Assembly: GCA_041649175.1 (NCBI GenBank)
Contig: JBAZNR010000001.1
Span: 1,039,497-1,103,496 of the forward strand
DNA: 64,000 nt
Source: Candidatus Omnitrophota bacterium
GTDB lineage: Bacteria; Omnitrophota; Gorgyraeia; Zapsychrales; JBAZNR01
Direction: 5' to 3'
Positions 40,661 to 49,703 of the stretch are shown in pieces (within the stretch, counting starts at the first letter, position 1; every line of letters begins with the position of its first letter). The notes under the pieces are model-generated. The model did not search any database. It had not been told where the DNA came from and saw nothing but the letters and a program-made list of their open reading frames with translations. Position numbers and translations under genes: made by a program.

Positions 40661-41411
40661 TAAAATATTTTTAACGGCTCTATTCTTTCTGCTTGGATCG
40701 ATGACTTCTTGTTCATCTGAATCCGATCATTTCTCGCAAAATCAAAAAAACAAAGAAGCATTCAACCAAGGCCAACAAACATTTTCTCCTTTTCTTCCTG
40801 GTGAAACGATCAAGTATTCCATAAAAAATCTTGGCATTAATGCCGGAGAAGCGACGATTACTTTTGAGGGGATCAAGAAAATTAACGGCAAAGATTTTCT
40901 CCTGATTGTTTTTAAGGCCAATGCCATTAATTTCTTTGACGAGGAAAAGATATATTCCGATCCGGAAACTTTTTATCCTTTGATTGTTGAGCGTGATTTG
41001 AATATTTTCGGGAAGAAAGAAAAGATCACTGAGGTCTATGATCAGAAAAATGGTGTTATCAGAATTATCAAGAAAGCGGGCGGAAAAACGACGGAACAAA
41101 CGATCAGCAAACAAGGTGCTATTGATAACATCTATTGTTTTATTTATCGTTACCGGCAATCAGGAAAATTTCAAGTTGGCGAATCATTTTCTGTCAAGCT
41201 TCCCACAAAGGATGTTATTATAAACCTAGTGAAGGAAACGAAGATTAAAGCAGCCGGGAAAGAGTACAGTAGCTATTATCTCCAAACAAATCCGGCGCAA
41301 TATAAGGTGTGGATCGATACAAGTGAGAAAAAAGTTCCTTTGCGTATCAATGGGGCAGTTGGGGTCAGTTCAACAGCGATGATCATGAACGCATATCAAG
41401 ACGGAAAATAA
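40650..41411 (+). CDS. DUF3108-like lipoprotein
   Basis: Lipobox LLGSMTSC after a signal peptide. The mature region is beta-rich with the [19 protein letters not shown] pattern typical of DUF3108. The six-frame ORF begins at 40626. I used ATG 40650. Confidence 0.55.
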   Translation: MRNSKIFLTALFFLLGSMTSCSSESDHFSQNQKNKEAFNQGQQTFSPFLPGETIKYSIKNLGINAGEATITFEGIKKINGKDFLLIVFKANAINFFDEEKIYSDPETFYPLIVERDLNIFGKKEKITEVYDQKNGVIRIIKKAGGKTTEQTISKQGAIDNIYCFIYRYRQSGKFQVGESFSVKLPTKDVIINLVKETKIKAAGKEYSSYYLQTNPAQYKVWIDTSEKKVPLRINGAVGVSSTAMIMNAYQDGK

Positions 41412-41412
41412 A

Positions 41413-42591
41413 ATGAGTTTACCAGATAAGCAAGGACATTTCGGAGAGTTTGGCGGGAAATTTGTTCCTGAGACGCTGATGTCGGCTTTAGCGGACCTAG
41501 AAAAAGTTTTTTACGCTCTAAAAAAGAACAAAAAATTCAAAGAAGAGTTTAATTTCTATCTTCGTGAGTATGCCGGACGGCCGACTAATCTTTACTTGGC
41601 CAAGCGGCTTAGTCGTCATTTAAAACATCTCAAGGTTTATCTCAAGCGCGAAGATCTTCTTCATACTGGCGCGCATAAGATCAATAATACTTTAGGTCAA
41701 ATTCTGATCGCCAGAAATATGGGGAAAACCCGTATTATTGCTGAGACGGGTGCTGGTCAGCATGGTGTGGCGACCGCGACCGCTGCGGCTTTGTTCGGCT
41801 TGAAATGTGAAATCTATATGGGCGAGGAAGACATCGAACGTCAGGCGCTTAATGTTTTTAGAATGAAACTTTTGGGCGCGAAAGTTATTCCGGTCACTAG
41901 CGGCTCTAAGACGCTTAAAGACGCGATGAATGAAGCTATTCGCGATTGGGTGACGAATGTGGCCAATACTTTTTATATTATCGGTTCCGTTGCCGGCCCT
42001 CATCCGTATCCGGTGATGGTGCGTGATTTTCAATCCGTGATCGGACGGGAAGCCCGAAAGCAAATTCTAGCCAAAGAACATCGTTTGCCGGATTGTATCG
42101 TCGCTTGTGTTGGCGGCGGTAGCAATGCTATGGGGCTTTTTCATTCTTTCTTTAACGATAAAAGCGTAAAGATGATCGGCGTAGAAGCGGCTGGATTAGG
42201 GATGAATACGCGCATGCATGCGATCTCTCTGGGGAAAGGGAAAACGGGGGTTTTGCATGGAAGTAAAAGCAGTCTTTTGCAAGAAAACGATGGCCAGGTC
42301 AAAATCGCCCACTCCATTGCGGCCGGATTAGATTATCCCGGAGTCGGGCCGGAACACGCGTATTACAAGAAAATTGGCCGGGCAAATTATGTTTCCGTGA
42401 CAGACCAAGAAGCTATTAAGGGTTTAAAACTTCTTTCACAAACGGAAGGGATCATTCCTGCCCTGGAATCGGCACATGCAATCAGCTATTTAGAAAAATT
42501 AGCAAGGAAAGTTAAGGGAAGCGCCACCGTTATTGTTTGTTTGTCAGGGCGCGGTGATAAAGATGTCAGTTCGATCAAAGATTTGATCTAG
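41413..42591 (+). CDS. trpB: Tryptophan synthase beta chain
   Basis: [12 protein letters not shown]-lysine motif and a GGGSNA motif. Length is 392 aa. Confidence 0.94.
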   Translation: MSLPDKQGHFGEFGGKFVPETLMSALADLEKVFYALKKNKKFKEEFNFYLREYAGRPTNLYLAKRLSRHLKHLKVYLKREDLLHTGAHKINNTLGQILIARNMGKTRIIAETGAGQHGVATATAAALFGLKCEIYMGEEDIERQALNVFRMKLLGAKVIPVTSGSKTLKDAMNEAIRDWVTNVANTFYIIGSVAGPHPYPVMVRDFQSVIGREARKQILAKEHRLPDCIVACVGGGSNAMGLFHSFFNDKSVKMIGVEAAGLGMNTRMHAISLGKGKTGVLHGSKSSLLQENDGQVKIAHSIAAGLDYPGVGPEHAYYKKIGRANYVSVTDQEAIKGLKLLSQTEGIIPALESAHAISYLEKLARKVKGSATVIVCLSGRGDKDVSSIKDLI

Positions 42592-42604
42592 TGAAAGAAC
42601 AAAT

Positions 42605-43396
42605 ATGAATCGCATTGATAAAAAATTTAAAGAGCTTAAGATTGGACGAAAGAAAGCTTTCGTTGCATTTATCACGGCTGGCGATCCGGATCTGAAAACG
42701 ACCGAAAAATTAGTTTTGGAATTTGAGAAATCCGGCGTTGACTTGATCGAATTAGGCGTGCCTTTCTCTGATCCATTAGCCGACGGCCCGACTATTCAAG
42801 CCGCTTCTTTTAGAGCGCTTAAAAAGAAAGTTACTTTAAAGAAGATCTTTGAATTGGTGCGTTGTATCCGTCGGAAATCCCAAATCCCTATTTGTTTGAT
42901 GGGTTACTATAATCCCGTGTTTCATTTTGGCGAAGAGAAGTTTATTAAAGAAGCAAGTCGTTTTGGCGTTGATGGTGTGATCATTCCTGACCTGCCTCCG
43001 GAAGAAGCCGGCCGGTTAATTTCTGCGGCGCAAAAATACAATGTGGCAACTATTTTCTTTTTGTCGCCGACAACCACAAAAAAACGGGCTGAAAAAGTTA
43101 TTCGCGCTTCCAGCGGTTTTATTTACTATGTTTCCTTGGCAGGGGTGACGGGCACGCGCAAGGCTTTGCCGAAAACAATTATCAAGAATGTTCGCGCGGC
43201 AAAGCAGTTAACTAACAAGCCGATCTGTGTTGGCTTTGGTGTTTCCAATCCTTCTCAAGTGAAGTTGATCGGCACCATTGCCGATGGTGTTATTGTCGGA
43301 AGCGCGATCGTTAAAGAGATTGAGCGAAATGCAGGAAAAAAAGATTTAGTGAAAAATGTTTCGCGTTTTGTGAAGAAGTTAGCCGTATCTCTGTAA
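42605..43396 (+). CDS. trpA: Tryptophan synthase alpha chain
   Basis: ELGVPFSDPLADGPTIQ motif. Length is 263 aa. Confidence 0.93.
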   Translation: MNRIDKKFKELKIGRKKAFVAFITAGDPDLKTTEKLVLEFEKSGVDLIELGVPFSDPLADGPTIQAASFRALKKKVTLKKIFELVRCIRRKSQIPICLMGYYNPVFHFGEEKFIKEASRFGVDGVIIPDLPPEEAGRLISAAQKYNVATIFFLSPTTTKKRAEKVIRASSGFIYYVSLAGVTGTRKALPKTIIKNVRAAKQLTNKPICVGFGVSNPSQVKLIGTIADGVIVGSAIVKEIERNAGKKDLVKNVSRFVKKLAVSL

Positions 43397-43408
43397 AATG
43401 AATTTAAA

Positions 43409-43438
43409 GGCGGTTGAGGCGCATGCGCCTCAACCGCC
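43409..43438 (+). terminator. Perfect 30-nt palindrome (14-bp stem) 13 nt after the trpA stop; probable terminator or attenuating hairpin
   Basis: GGCGGTTGAGGCGC-AT-GCGCCTCAACCGCC followed by TTT. It lies between trpA and the M16 peptidase gene. Confidence 0.6.
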
Positions 43439-43460
43439 TTTGACTAAACGAAAGGTTTTT

Positions 43461-44738
43461 ATGTATCAAAAGACAGATTTGCCTAATGGGCTTCGTGTTG
43501 TCAGTTATGAAATGAAAGACCGAGATAGTATTTCTATAGGAATTTGGATCAATGCCGGCGGCCGCTATGAAGAAGATAAGGTAAAAGGCGCCGCGCATTT
43601 TTTAGAGCATATCCTCTTTAAAGGAACTAAGAATTATTCCTGCGAAGCGATCAAAGAGCTTATTGAAGGTGTGGGCGGAATGCTCAATGCCTTTACCTCC
43701 GAAGAAAATACCTGTTATTTTGCCAAAGTTCCGGCCAAGCATTTAAACCAGACTTTTGATGTTCTGGCGGATATGGTTTTATCGCCGCTGATCACTAAAG
43801 AGGATGTTGATAAAGAGCGCGGTGTTATATTAGAAGAAATAAAGATGTACCATGATCTTCCGCAGCATTTCGTTTTAGAGCTTTTAGACGAACTGGTGTG
43901 GCCTGACCACCCTCTGGGAAAGAATCTCGCTGGAAGCTTTGAAACCGTTGGGCAGATGAGCGAAAAAGATCTGCAGGGATTTCATCGAGGCCAGTATATT
44001 TCCAAAAATATTGTCGTGGCGGCCTGCGGAAAGTTCAAGCATAAAGATTTATTAAAACTTGTTACGAGGAAATTTCGTAATCAGGCAAAAAAACAAACCG
44101 AAAGTTTCCTTAAATTCGAGAACAGGCAAAATAGTCCGCAAGTTAAATTATTTCGTAAAGACATTGAGCAAATGCATTTAGCTTTAGGAATGCATGGGTT
44201 GCCTTACGATCATAAGGATAAATATATCTTAAATCTGCTCCATGTGATTTTGGGGGCTAATATGTCCAGCCGCCTTTTTGACGAAGTTCGGGAAAAGCGA
44301 GGGCTTGCCTATGCTATCGGCAGTTCCGTTAAATCTCTCCAGGATACGGGCCTTTTTATGGTTCGTGCCGGCGTTGATAATAAAAAGATCGTTGAGGCGG
44401 TTAAAGTTATTCTAGAAGAGTTATCCAAGATCAAAAAAGAGAACGTCACGAAAGATGAATTTACGCGCGCCAAAGATTATTATTTAGGACAAATTCTTTT
44501 AGGATTGGAAGATACACTAGAACATATGCTTTGGTTAGGGGAGTCGGTGACAGCTCTTAATAAAACGCGTACTTTAAAAGATATTCTTAAAGAAGTAAAG
44601 AAGATCGAAATATCCGATATCCGGCGGGTTGCCGGTCAGATCTTAAACGAAAATCATTTCAACCTTTCCGTGGTCGGACCATTGGCTGAATCCCAGGAAA
44701 AAGACCTGCGGCGATTAGTGGGTGTTTCTGGTAGTTAA
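43461..44738 (+). CDS. M16-family zinc peptidase (insulinase/pitrilysin-like)
   Basis: Inverted zinc-binding motif HFLEHILFKG (HxxEH). A start at ATG 43461 (MYQK) is preferred over 43398, because the palindrome would otherwise fall inside the coding sequence. Confidence 0.8.
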   Translation: MYQKTDLPNGLRVVSYEMKDRDSISIGIWINAGGRYEEDKVKGAAHFLEHILFKGTKNYSCEAIKELIEGVGGMLNAFTSEENTCYFAKVPAKHLNQTFDVLADMVLSPLITKEDVDKERGVILEEIKMYHDLPQHFVLELLDELVWPDHPLGKNLAGSFETVGQMSEKDLQGFHRGQYISKNIVVAACGKFKHKDLLKLVTRKFRNQAKKQTESFLKFENRQNSPQVKLFRKDIEQMHLALGMHGLPYDHKDKYILNLLHVILGANMSSRLFDEVREKRGLAYAIGSSVKSLQDTGLFMVRAGVDNKKIVEAVKVILEELSKIKKENVTKDEFTRAKDYYLGQILLGLEDTLEHMLWLGESVTALNKTRTLKDILKEVKKIEISDIRRVAGQILNENHFNLSVVGPLAESQEKDLRRLVGVSGS

Positions 44739-44762
44739 AACTGCTTTTAACGTCACGTTGAT

Positions 44763-45440
44763 ATGAAACGATTATTTCTGATTTTGATCACGATATTTCT
44801 GGTCAATTTTTTCATTAATCCGCAGGCTGGCCTTTACGCCCACGAAGAGGAAATCCAAACAACCAAAGAAGGCATTCAGTACGCTGTTCGTTTTCCGGAG
44901 AAATTTAAGGAAAGCGAGAGCTATCCGGTGCTTTTTTGTTTTCATCATCGCGGAGACGGTGTTGAAACAACCCGTATTTTCTCCTACGCGGCTTATAAGT
45001 TGAATTGGTTCATCGTAGGATTTAAAGATATTGTTTTTTCTGACCTGGATAAAGAAACCTGGCCCAAAGTGATCAAAGCCCAAGAATCCGTTTTGAAAGA
45101 TGTCCGAAATAAATATAATGTCCGCAATAACCGGCTTTATGCGGCAGGTTTCGCTAACGGAGCAACGATGGCCTATGATTTTGCTTATCGTCATCCGGAG
45201 AAGTTCAGGGCCATCATTGCTTTTGGCGGCGGCCTAGGATTGGATAAGCCCACATATTCGGTGGCGGTCTATCAGGCTGTCGGCGAAGATGATTTTAATT
45301 TAGACCAGGTTCAGCGCGCGGACAGCAAGTTAAAAGTTTTAGGAGTTAAGTCGCAGTTGCGTATTTTTAAAGGCGGCTATGGATGGCCGCCCGAAGAAAT
45401 CGTCAATGAAGCCCTTGAGTGGATCAGCCGGATAAAATAA
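44763..45440 (+). CDS. Secreted alpha/beta-hydrolase-fold protein (phospholipase/carboxylesterase-like) whose nucleophile elbow reads GFANG
   Basis: Signal peptide. The fold is similar to carboxylesterase/PHB-depolymerase-type esterases. Ser is replaced by Ala at the GxSxG position (AAGFANGATMA). Confidence 0.55.
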   Translation: MKRLFLILITIFLVNFFINPQAGLYAHEEEIQTTKEGIQYAVRFPEKFKESESYPVLFCFHHRGDGVETTRIFSYAAYKLNWFIVGFKDIVFSDLDKETWPKVIKAQESVLKDVRNKYNVRNNRLYAAGFANGATMAYDFAYRHPEKFRAIIAFGGGLGLDKPTYSVAVYQAVGEDDFNLDQVQRADSKLKVLGVKSQLRIFKGGYGWPPEEIVNEALEWISRIK

Positions 45441-45484
45441 TTTCGTATTTTGAATAAAAATCCAAATATTTACATACGAATATA

Positions 45485-45513
45485 TTGACAAAGAAATGAA
45501 TATCAGCTAGACT
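45485..45513 (+). promoter_or_regulatory. Consensus sigma70 promoter driving the 55-aa ORF
   Basis: TTGACA at 45485-45490, a 17-nt spacer, then TAGACT at 45508-45513. It is embedded in TATATTGACA, the same 10-mer seen at 53141-53150. Confidence 0.6.
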
Positions 45514-45635
45514 CTTATTTGTCTTTCGGTAAGTTTCCGGCAAGAAGGAGAATTGCGGATATGCCCTAAGATGAAGTAAACGGACTAATATATTCACGGT
45601 TAAGTTCAATCATCTAACCACAAGGAGAGAAACAG

Positions 45636-45803
45636 ATGCCAGAGTTAGAATTTTATGATGTGAAGTCCAAATCGAAATTTAAGTCGTCTGATTTCAAAGT
45701 AAGAGAAAAGAGCGGACGTTTCTTCGCCGTGACCAAAGCCAAAAGCGGCCCGCATGAATGCTGGCGTGTTTTGTCGAAAGACCAAGCAGCAAAATTGAAG
45801 TAA
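45636..45803 (+). CDS. Small basic (Lys-rich) hypothetical protein of 55 aa
   Basis: AAGGAGAGA RBS 7 nt upstream of the ATG. It has its own promoter, a ~115-nt leader and its own terminator. The sequence is MPELEFYDVKSKSKFKSSDFKVREKSGRFFAVTKAKSGPHECWRVLSKDQAAKLK. It is absent from the six-frame list because it is shorter than 60 aa. Confidence 0.6.
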   Translation: MPELEFYDVKSKSKFKSSDFKVREKSGRFFAVTKAKSGPHECWRVLSKDQAAKLK

Positions 45804-45877
45804 GGGTTCAGCAAGCCTCTTGTGTTTTTATGTCTCAAGGGCTTAAAATCTAAAACGGATTTGCGATTAAAGAAAAC

Positions 45878-45910
45878 CTTCTTTAGTAACTAAAGAAGAG
45901 TTTTCTTTTT
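45878..45910 (+). terminator. Rho-independent terminator after the 55-aa ORF
   Basis: 9-bp stem CTTCTTTAG / CTAAAGAAG with a TAA loop, followed by AGTTTTCTTTTTT. Confidence 0.7.
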
Positions 45911-46035
45911 TAAAAGAATTCATTTAAAAGGTTTATTCTGCCATTAAAAAAACTCGCGTAAACTTAACCTCTCGTAATTTAGCCAAATTAATCGCAGGAT
46001 TTGCGCTGGATACAAAAGCGGACGATATCCTTGTT

Positions 46036-46317
46036 TTGGATATGCGCAAGTCAGTTAATTTTTGTGATTATTTTGTTATTTGTTCTGCGACTTCCGATCG
46101 AAGAATTCGTGCCATTGCCAGTAGCATTGCTGATGAATTAGCCAAGTATGGCGTTAATGCAAGCTATCGGCCCGGCTTTGAAAGCCTCACATGGCTTTTA
46201 GTGGATACGGGGGATGTGGTGGTCCACATTTTTGAAACGAATGCGCGAGAATTCTACGGCCTCGAACATCTGTGGCAAGCGGCACCCAGGATCAATTGGA
46301 AAAATAAGTCCCGCTAA
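46036..46317 (+). CDS. rsfS: Ribosomal silencing factor RsfS (Iojap); the true start probably lies upstream at a non-canonical codon (ATT 45943)
   Basis: DYFVICSATSDRRIRAIA...GDVVVHIF...EFYGLEHLW is the RsfS core. The conserved N-terminal helix and beta-strand (NLAKLIAGFALDTKADDILVLD) are encoded in-frame upstream of the first canonical start, TTG 46036. No ATG, GTG or TTG occurs between the upstream stop at 45925-45927 and 46036. Confidence 0.8.
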   Translation: MDMRKSVNFCDYFVICSATSDRRIRAIASSIADELAKYGVNASYRPGFESLTWLLVDTGDVVVHIFETNAREFYGLEHLWQAAPRINWKNKSR

Positions 46318-46339
46318 CCGATTCAACGGTCTACTCTTC

Positions 46340-48013
46340 ATGCTGCCAGATCTAGAACTGCACCTGCAAAAATCCATTGAAAAAGCTCTTCGCGAACTTT
46401 ATCCGTCCTTAGAAAAACTTCCGCCGATTAACTTAGAAGTCCCCAGCGATAAACAGCATGGTGAGTTTTCCTGCAACATTGCTATGCGCTTAAGCGCTTT
46501 GTTGAAGCAAAATCCTATTTCCATAGCCTCAACCATTGAAAAAAACCTTTCTGCGTCTGCAAAAACCGGTTTACTCAAAGAAAAAATAAACAAGATCGAA
46601 GTTAAAGCACCCGGTTTTATTAATTTTTTCTTAATGCCTAGTGCTTTATGCAATGTTCTCTATGAGGTTTTCTCAAAAGGCGAGAATTTTGGCCGTTTGG
46701 ATGAGGGAAGGGGTGAAAAAGTTCAAATTGAATTTGTCAGCGCTAATCCGACGGGGCCTTTAAGCGTTGCTCATGCGCGTCAAGCTGCGGTCGGCGATGT
46801 TTTAGCGAATATCCTCAAATTTAGCGGCTATGACGTAAAAAAAGAATTTTATGTCAATGATGAGGGTAATCAGATCAATATCCTCGGACGATCCATTGAG
46901 CTGCGCTCCAGAGAAATTTTAGGAGAGAAAATTGAATTTCCCGAGGACGGATATCAAGGAGATTACATTCGCGACATGGCGCAGATTTTCATGAAAGAGC
47001 ATCAAGTCAAAACAACGGATGATCTTGGCAAAATCGATGCGGTCGTTTTTGCACAATTTGGCGCGAGCTATCTTCTGGCGGTTATCAAAGAAGAGTTAAA
47101 AGATTTTGGGGTCAATTTTGATACTTGGTCGCACCAATCTAAAGTTGCCGCGGCAAAAAATGTTGAAACGACCTTGGAATCGCTAAAAACAGACGGTTTT
47201 GTGTATGAAAAAGATGGGGCTTGGTGGTTTCAGTCAACACGGTTTGGTGACGATAAAGATAGGGTTGTTAAGAAATCCGATGGAAGTTTTACGTATTTAG
47301 CCCCGGACATTGTCTACCATCAGAATAAATTTGATCGTGGATTTAATCGCGCCATTAATATTTGGGGCCCGGACCATCATGGATATATTCCGCGCATCAA
47401 AGCTGCTGTTCAGGCGCTGGGAATTGATCCAAAGAATTTGGAAGTTTTGATCGTGCAGTTAGCGACGATCTCTAGAGGTGGCAAGCCGCTCTCGATGTCT
47501 ACGCGCCGCGGCCAATATATTAGTCTTCGAGAAGTGCTTAATGAAGTTGGCAATGACGCTGCCAGGTATTTCTTTTTGATGCGCCATATTGAAGCACATT
47601 TAGATTTTGATCTGGAGCTTGCCAAAAAAGAAACAGCTGAAAATCCGGTCTATTATATTCAGTATGCTCACGCGCGTATTTACAGCATTCTTGATGTTGC
47701 CCAGCAATCAAAGCTGAAGTCAAAACATGACAATTTGGATCTCTTAAAAGAAGGCTCCGAGATGGATTTGATCAAAAAGATCGGGTTTTTTCCGGATGTT
47801 ATTTTGTTGTGTTCTCGCCAACGGGATCCATTTGCGCTGGCCAGCTACTTACTGGAATTAGCAGGATGCTTTCATAAATTTTATGACCAATGCCGCGTTA
47901 TTAGCGATGATAAAGAATTATCATCGCAAAGGCTTGCCCTCATCGACGCCTCCAAAATCGTTTTTGCTAACGGCCTTAAGCTTTTAGGGGTCAGTACTCC
48001 TCAAAAGATGTAA
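46340..48013 (+). CDS. argS: Arginyl-tRNA synthetase
   Basis: Class I aaRS with a HIGH-type motif (ANPTGPLSVAHAR) and a DALR anticodon-binding C-terminus. The start was moved from 46214 to ATG 46340 to remove the overlap with rsfS. Confidence 0.9.
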   Translation: MLPDLELHLQKSIEKALRELYPSLEKLPPINLEVPSDKQHGEFSCNIAMRLSALLKQNPISIASTIEKNLSASAKTGLLKEKINKIEVKAPGFINFFLMPSALCNVLYEVFSKGENFGRLDEGRGEKVQIEFVSANPTGPLSVAHARQAAVGDVLANILKFSGYDVKKEFYVNDEGNQINILGRSIELRSREILGEKIEFPEDGYQGDYIRDMAQIFMKEHQVKTTDDLGKIDAVVFAQFGASYLLAVIKEELKDFGVNFDTWSHQSKVAAAKNVETTLESLKTDGFVYEKDGAWWFQSTRFGDDKDRVVKKSDGSFTYLAPDIVYHQNKFDRGFNRAINIWGPDHHGYIPRIKAAVQALGIDPKNLEVLIVQLATISRGGKPLSMSTRRGQYISLREVLNEVGNDAARYFFLMRHIEAHLDFDLELAKKETAENPVYYIQYAHARIYSILDVAQQSKLKSKHDNLDLLKEGSEMDLIKKIGFFPDVILLCSRQRDPFALASYLLELAGCFHKFYDQCRVISDDKELSSQRLALIDASKIVFANGLKLLGVSTPQKM

Positions 48014-48017
48014 ATCA

Positions 48018-49703
48018 ATGCAAAAAAAATGGAATATCAAGCACCCTAATCCAAAACTTCAAGCCGATCTCAGCAATTCTCTTTCACTTCATCCCATTGT
48101 CGCTCAGCTTCTTTTAAATCGCGGCATCAGCACTTCGCAAGACGCCAAAGACTTCTTATCAATTAATTTGTCATCTTTGCACGATCCGCTTTTGTTCGCG
48201 GATATGGATAAAACATTAAAACGCATCCATAAAGCCAAGGAAAAGAAAGAACGGGTCCTTATTTTTGGTGATTATGATGTGGACGGGATCACTTCTTCGG
48301 TTATCCTGAAAAATATTCTGCAAAAAATAGGTCTAGATGTCATCAACTACATCCCGCATCGTATCAACGAAGGCTATGGTTTAAATCATGCGATCGTTGA
48401 TTTCGCGAAAAAAAGAGATGTTAGATTGATGATCGCCATTGACTGTGGCATTACGGCATTCAGCGAAGTCGATGCTTTAAATAATGCTGGTATCGATGTG
48501 ATCATCATGGATCATCATGAGCCGCCGGAGAAAAAACTTCCCAACGCGGTAGCCGTCATAAATCCAAAACGCCATGATTGTAAGTATCCTTTTAAGGGAT
48601 TGGCTTCCGTTGGTCTAGCGTTTAAGCTTGCTCAGGCATTATTGGGGAAGGCGTGCGAAGACTACCTTGATCTGGTGGCGCTAGGGACGGTGGCAGATGT
48701 GGCTGAACTTTTAGGAGAAAATAGGGTTTTTGTTAAGTTTGGATTAGAAAAATTGAGCCACACCAAAAATAAAGGTTTAATGGCTTTAATGGATGTGGCG
48801 CGCATCAAAGGGAAGAAATTAAAGCCGCATTCGATCGGATTTGTTTTGGGCCCGCGGATCAATGCCAGCGGCCGCATGGGGTCAGCAGAAAAATCTTTAC
48901 AGCTTTTGCTAAGCGAAGAAGAACATGAAGCGTATTCATTGGCTAAAAGCTTGGAAGAAGAAAATCAGAAACGCCAAAAAATGCAAGGCAATATCATTGA
49001 AGAAGCCTTAAGCGTTGTTGAACGAGAAATAAATTTTAAAGATCATCGCATTATTGTTTTGAGCAAAGAAGGCTGGCATCGGGGCATTGTGGGTATTGTC
49101 GCTTCGCGTATTATGGATACATTCTATCGGCCGACCATTGTTATTTCGCTGGAAGATGGGCTTGGAACCGGTTCGGCACGATCGATTGACGGCTTTCATA
49201 TGTATGAAGCTTTAAAACACTGTGAAGCTTTGTTAGAAAATTTTGGCGGACACGAACACGCGGCGGGGTTGACGATCAAAAAAGAGAACATTGAGAATTT
49301 CAACAATTTGATCAATCAATTTGCGAAAGATCATATGGATGTCCAGAGTTTAATTCCAACACTTGATATTGATTGCGAGATCTCATTATCCAGCTTGACC
49401 TTAGAGCTTGTCGAGGCGGTTAAATCTTTGGAGCCCTTTGGTGAAGGAAATCCCTCGCCGGTTTTCTGTTCAAGGCAGTTAACAGTCAAGACGCCGCCCG
49501 TCATCTTAGGGCGCGATACCATTAAATTCTGGGTGAGTGACGGGAAAGTTGTTCTTCAAGCGGTTGGATTTGGACTGGGAAGATTCTTTGACCTGGTTTC
49601 CGGAGGCACAAAATTAGATCTGGCGTACGCGGTTTCCACTGATGATTGGAATAAAGACCCTATTATACAATTGGAAATAAAAGATATTAAAGAGGCTGAT
49701 TAA
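48018..49703 (+). CDS. recJ: Single-stranded-DNA-specific exonuclease RecJ
   Basis: DHH motifs (IFGDYDVDGITS, DHHEP) and a DHHA1 domain. Length is 561 aa. Confidence 0.9.
   Translation: MQKKWNIKHPNPKLQADLSNSLSLHPIVAQLLLNRGISTSQDAKDFLSINLSSLHDPLLFADMDKTLKRIHKAKEKKERVLIFGDYDVDGITSSVILKNILQKIGLDVINYIPHRINEGYGLNHAIVDFAKKRDVRLMIAIDCGITAFSEVDALNNAGIDVIIMDHHEPPEKKLPNAVAVINPKRHDCKYPFKGLASVGLAFKLAQALLGKACEDYLDLVALGTVADVAELLGENRVFVKFGLEKLSHTKNKGLMALMDVARIKGKKLKPHSIGFVLGPRINASGRMGSAEKSLQLLLSEEEHEAYSLAKSLEEENQKRQKMQGNIIEEALSVVEREINFKDHRIIVLSKEGWHRGIVGIVASRIMDTFYRPTIVISLEDGLGTGSARSIDGFHMYEALKHCEALLENFGGHEHAAGLTIKKENIENFNNLINQFAKDHMDVQSLIPTLDIDCEISLSSLTLELVEAVKSLEPFGEGNPSPVFCSRQLTVKTPPVILGRDTIKFWVSDGKVVLQAVGFGLGRFFDLVSGGTKLDLAYAVSTDDWNKDPIIQLEIKDIKEAD

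Noticed and set aside
43398-43460. N-terminal extension of the M16 peptidase ORF starting at ATG 43398
   Set aside because: The extension would place a perfect 30-nt palindrome inside the coding region. A better-placed ATG at 43461, with an AAAGG RBS, gives an N-terminus typical of M16 peptidases.
46214-46339. argS ORF start at 46214, overlapping rsfS
   Set aside because: The upstream extension (MWWSTFLKRMRENS...) has no ArgS similarity and overlaps the rsfS 3' end. ATG 46340 (MLPDLELHLQ) gives a standard-length ArgS.
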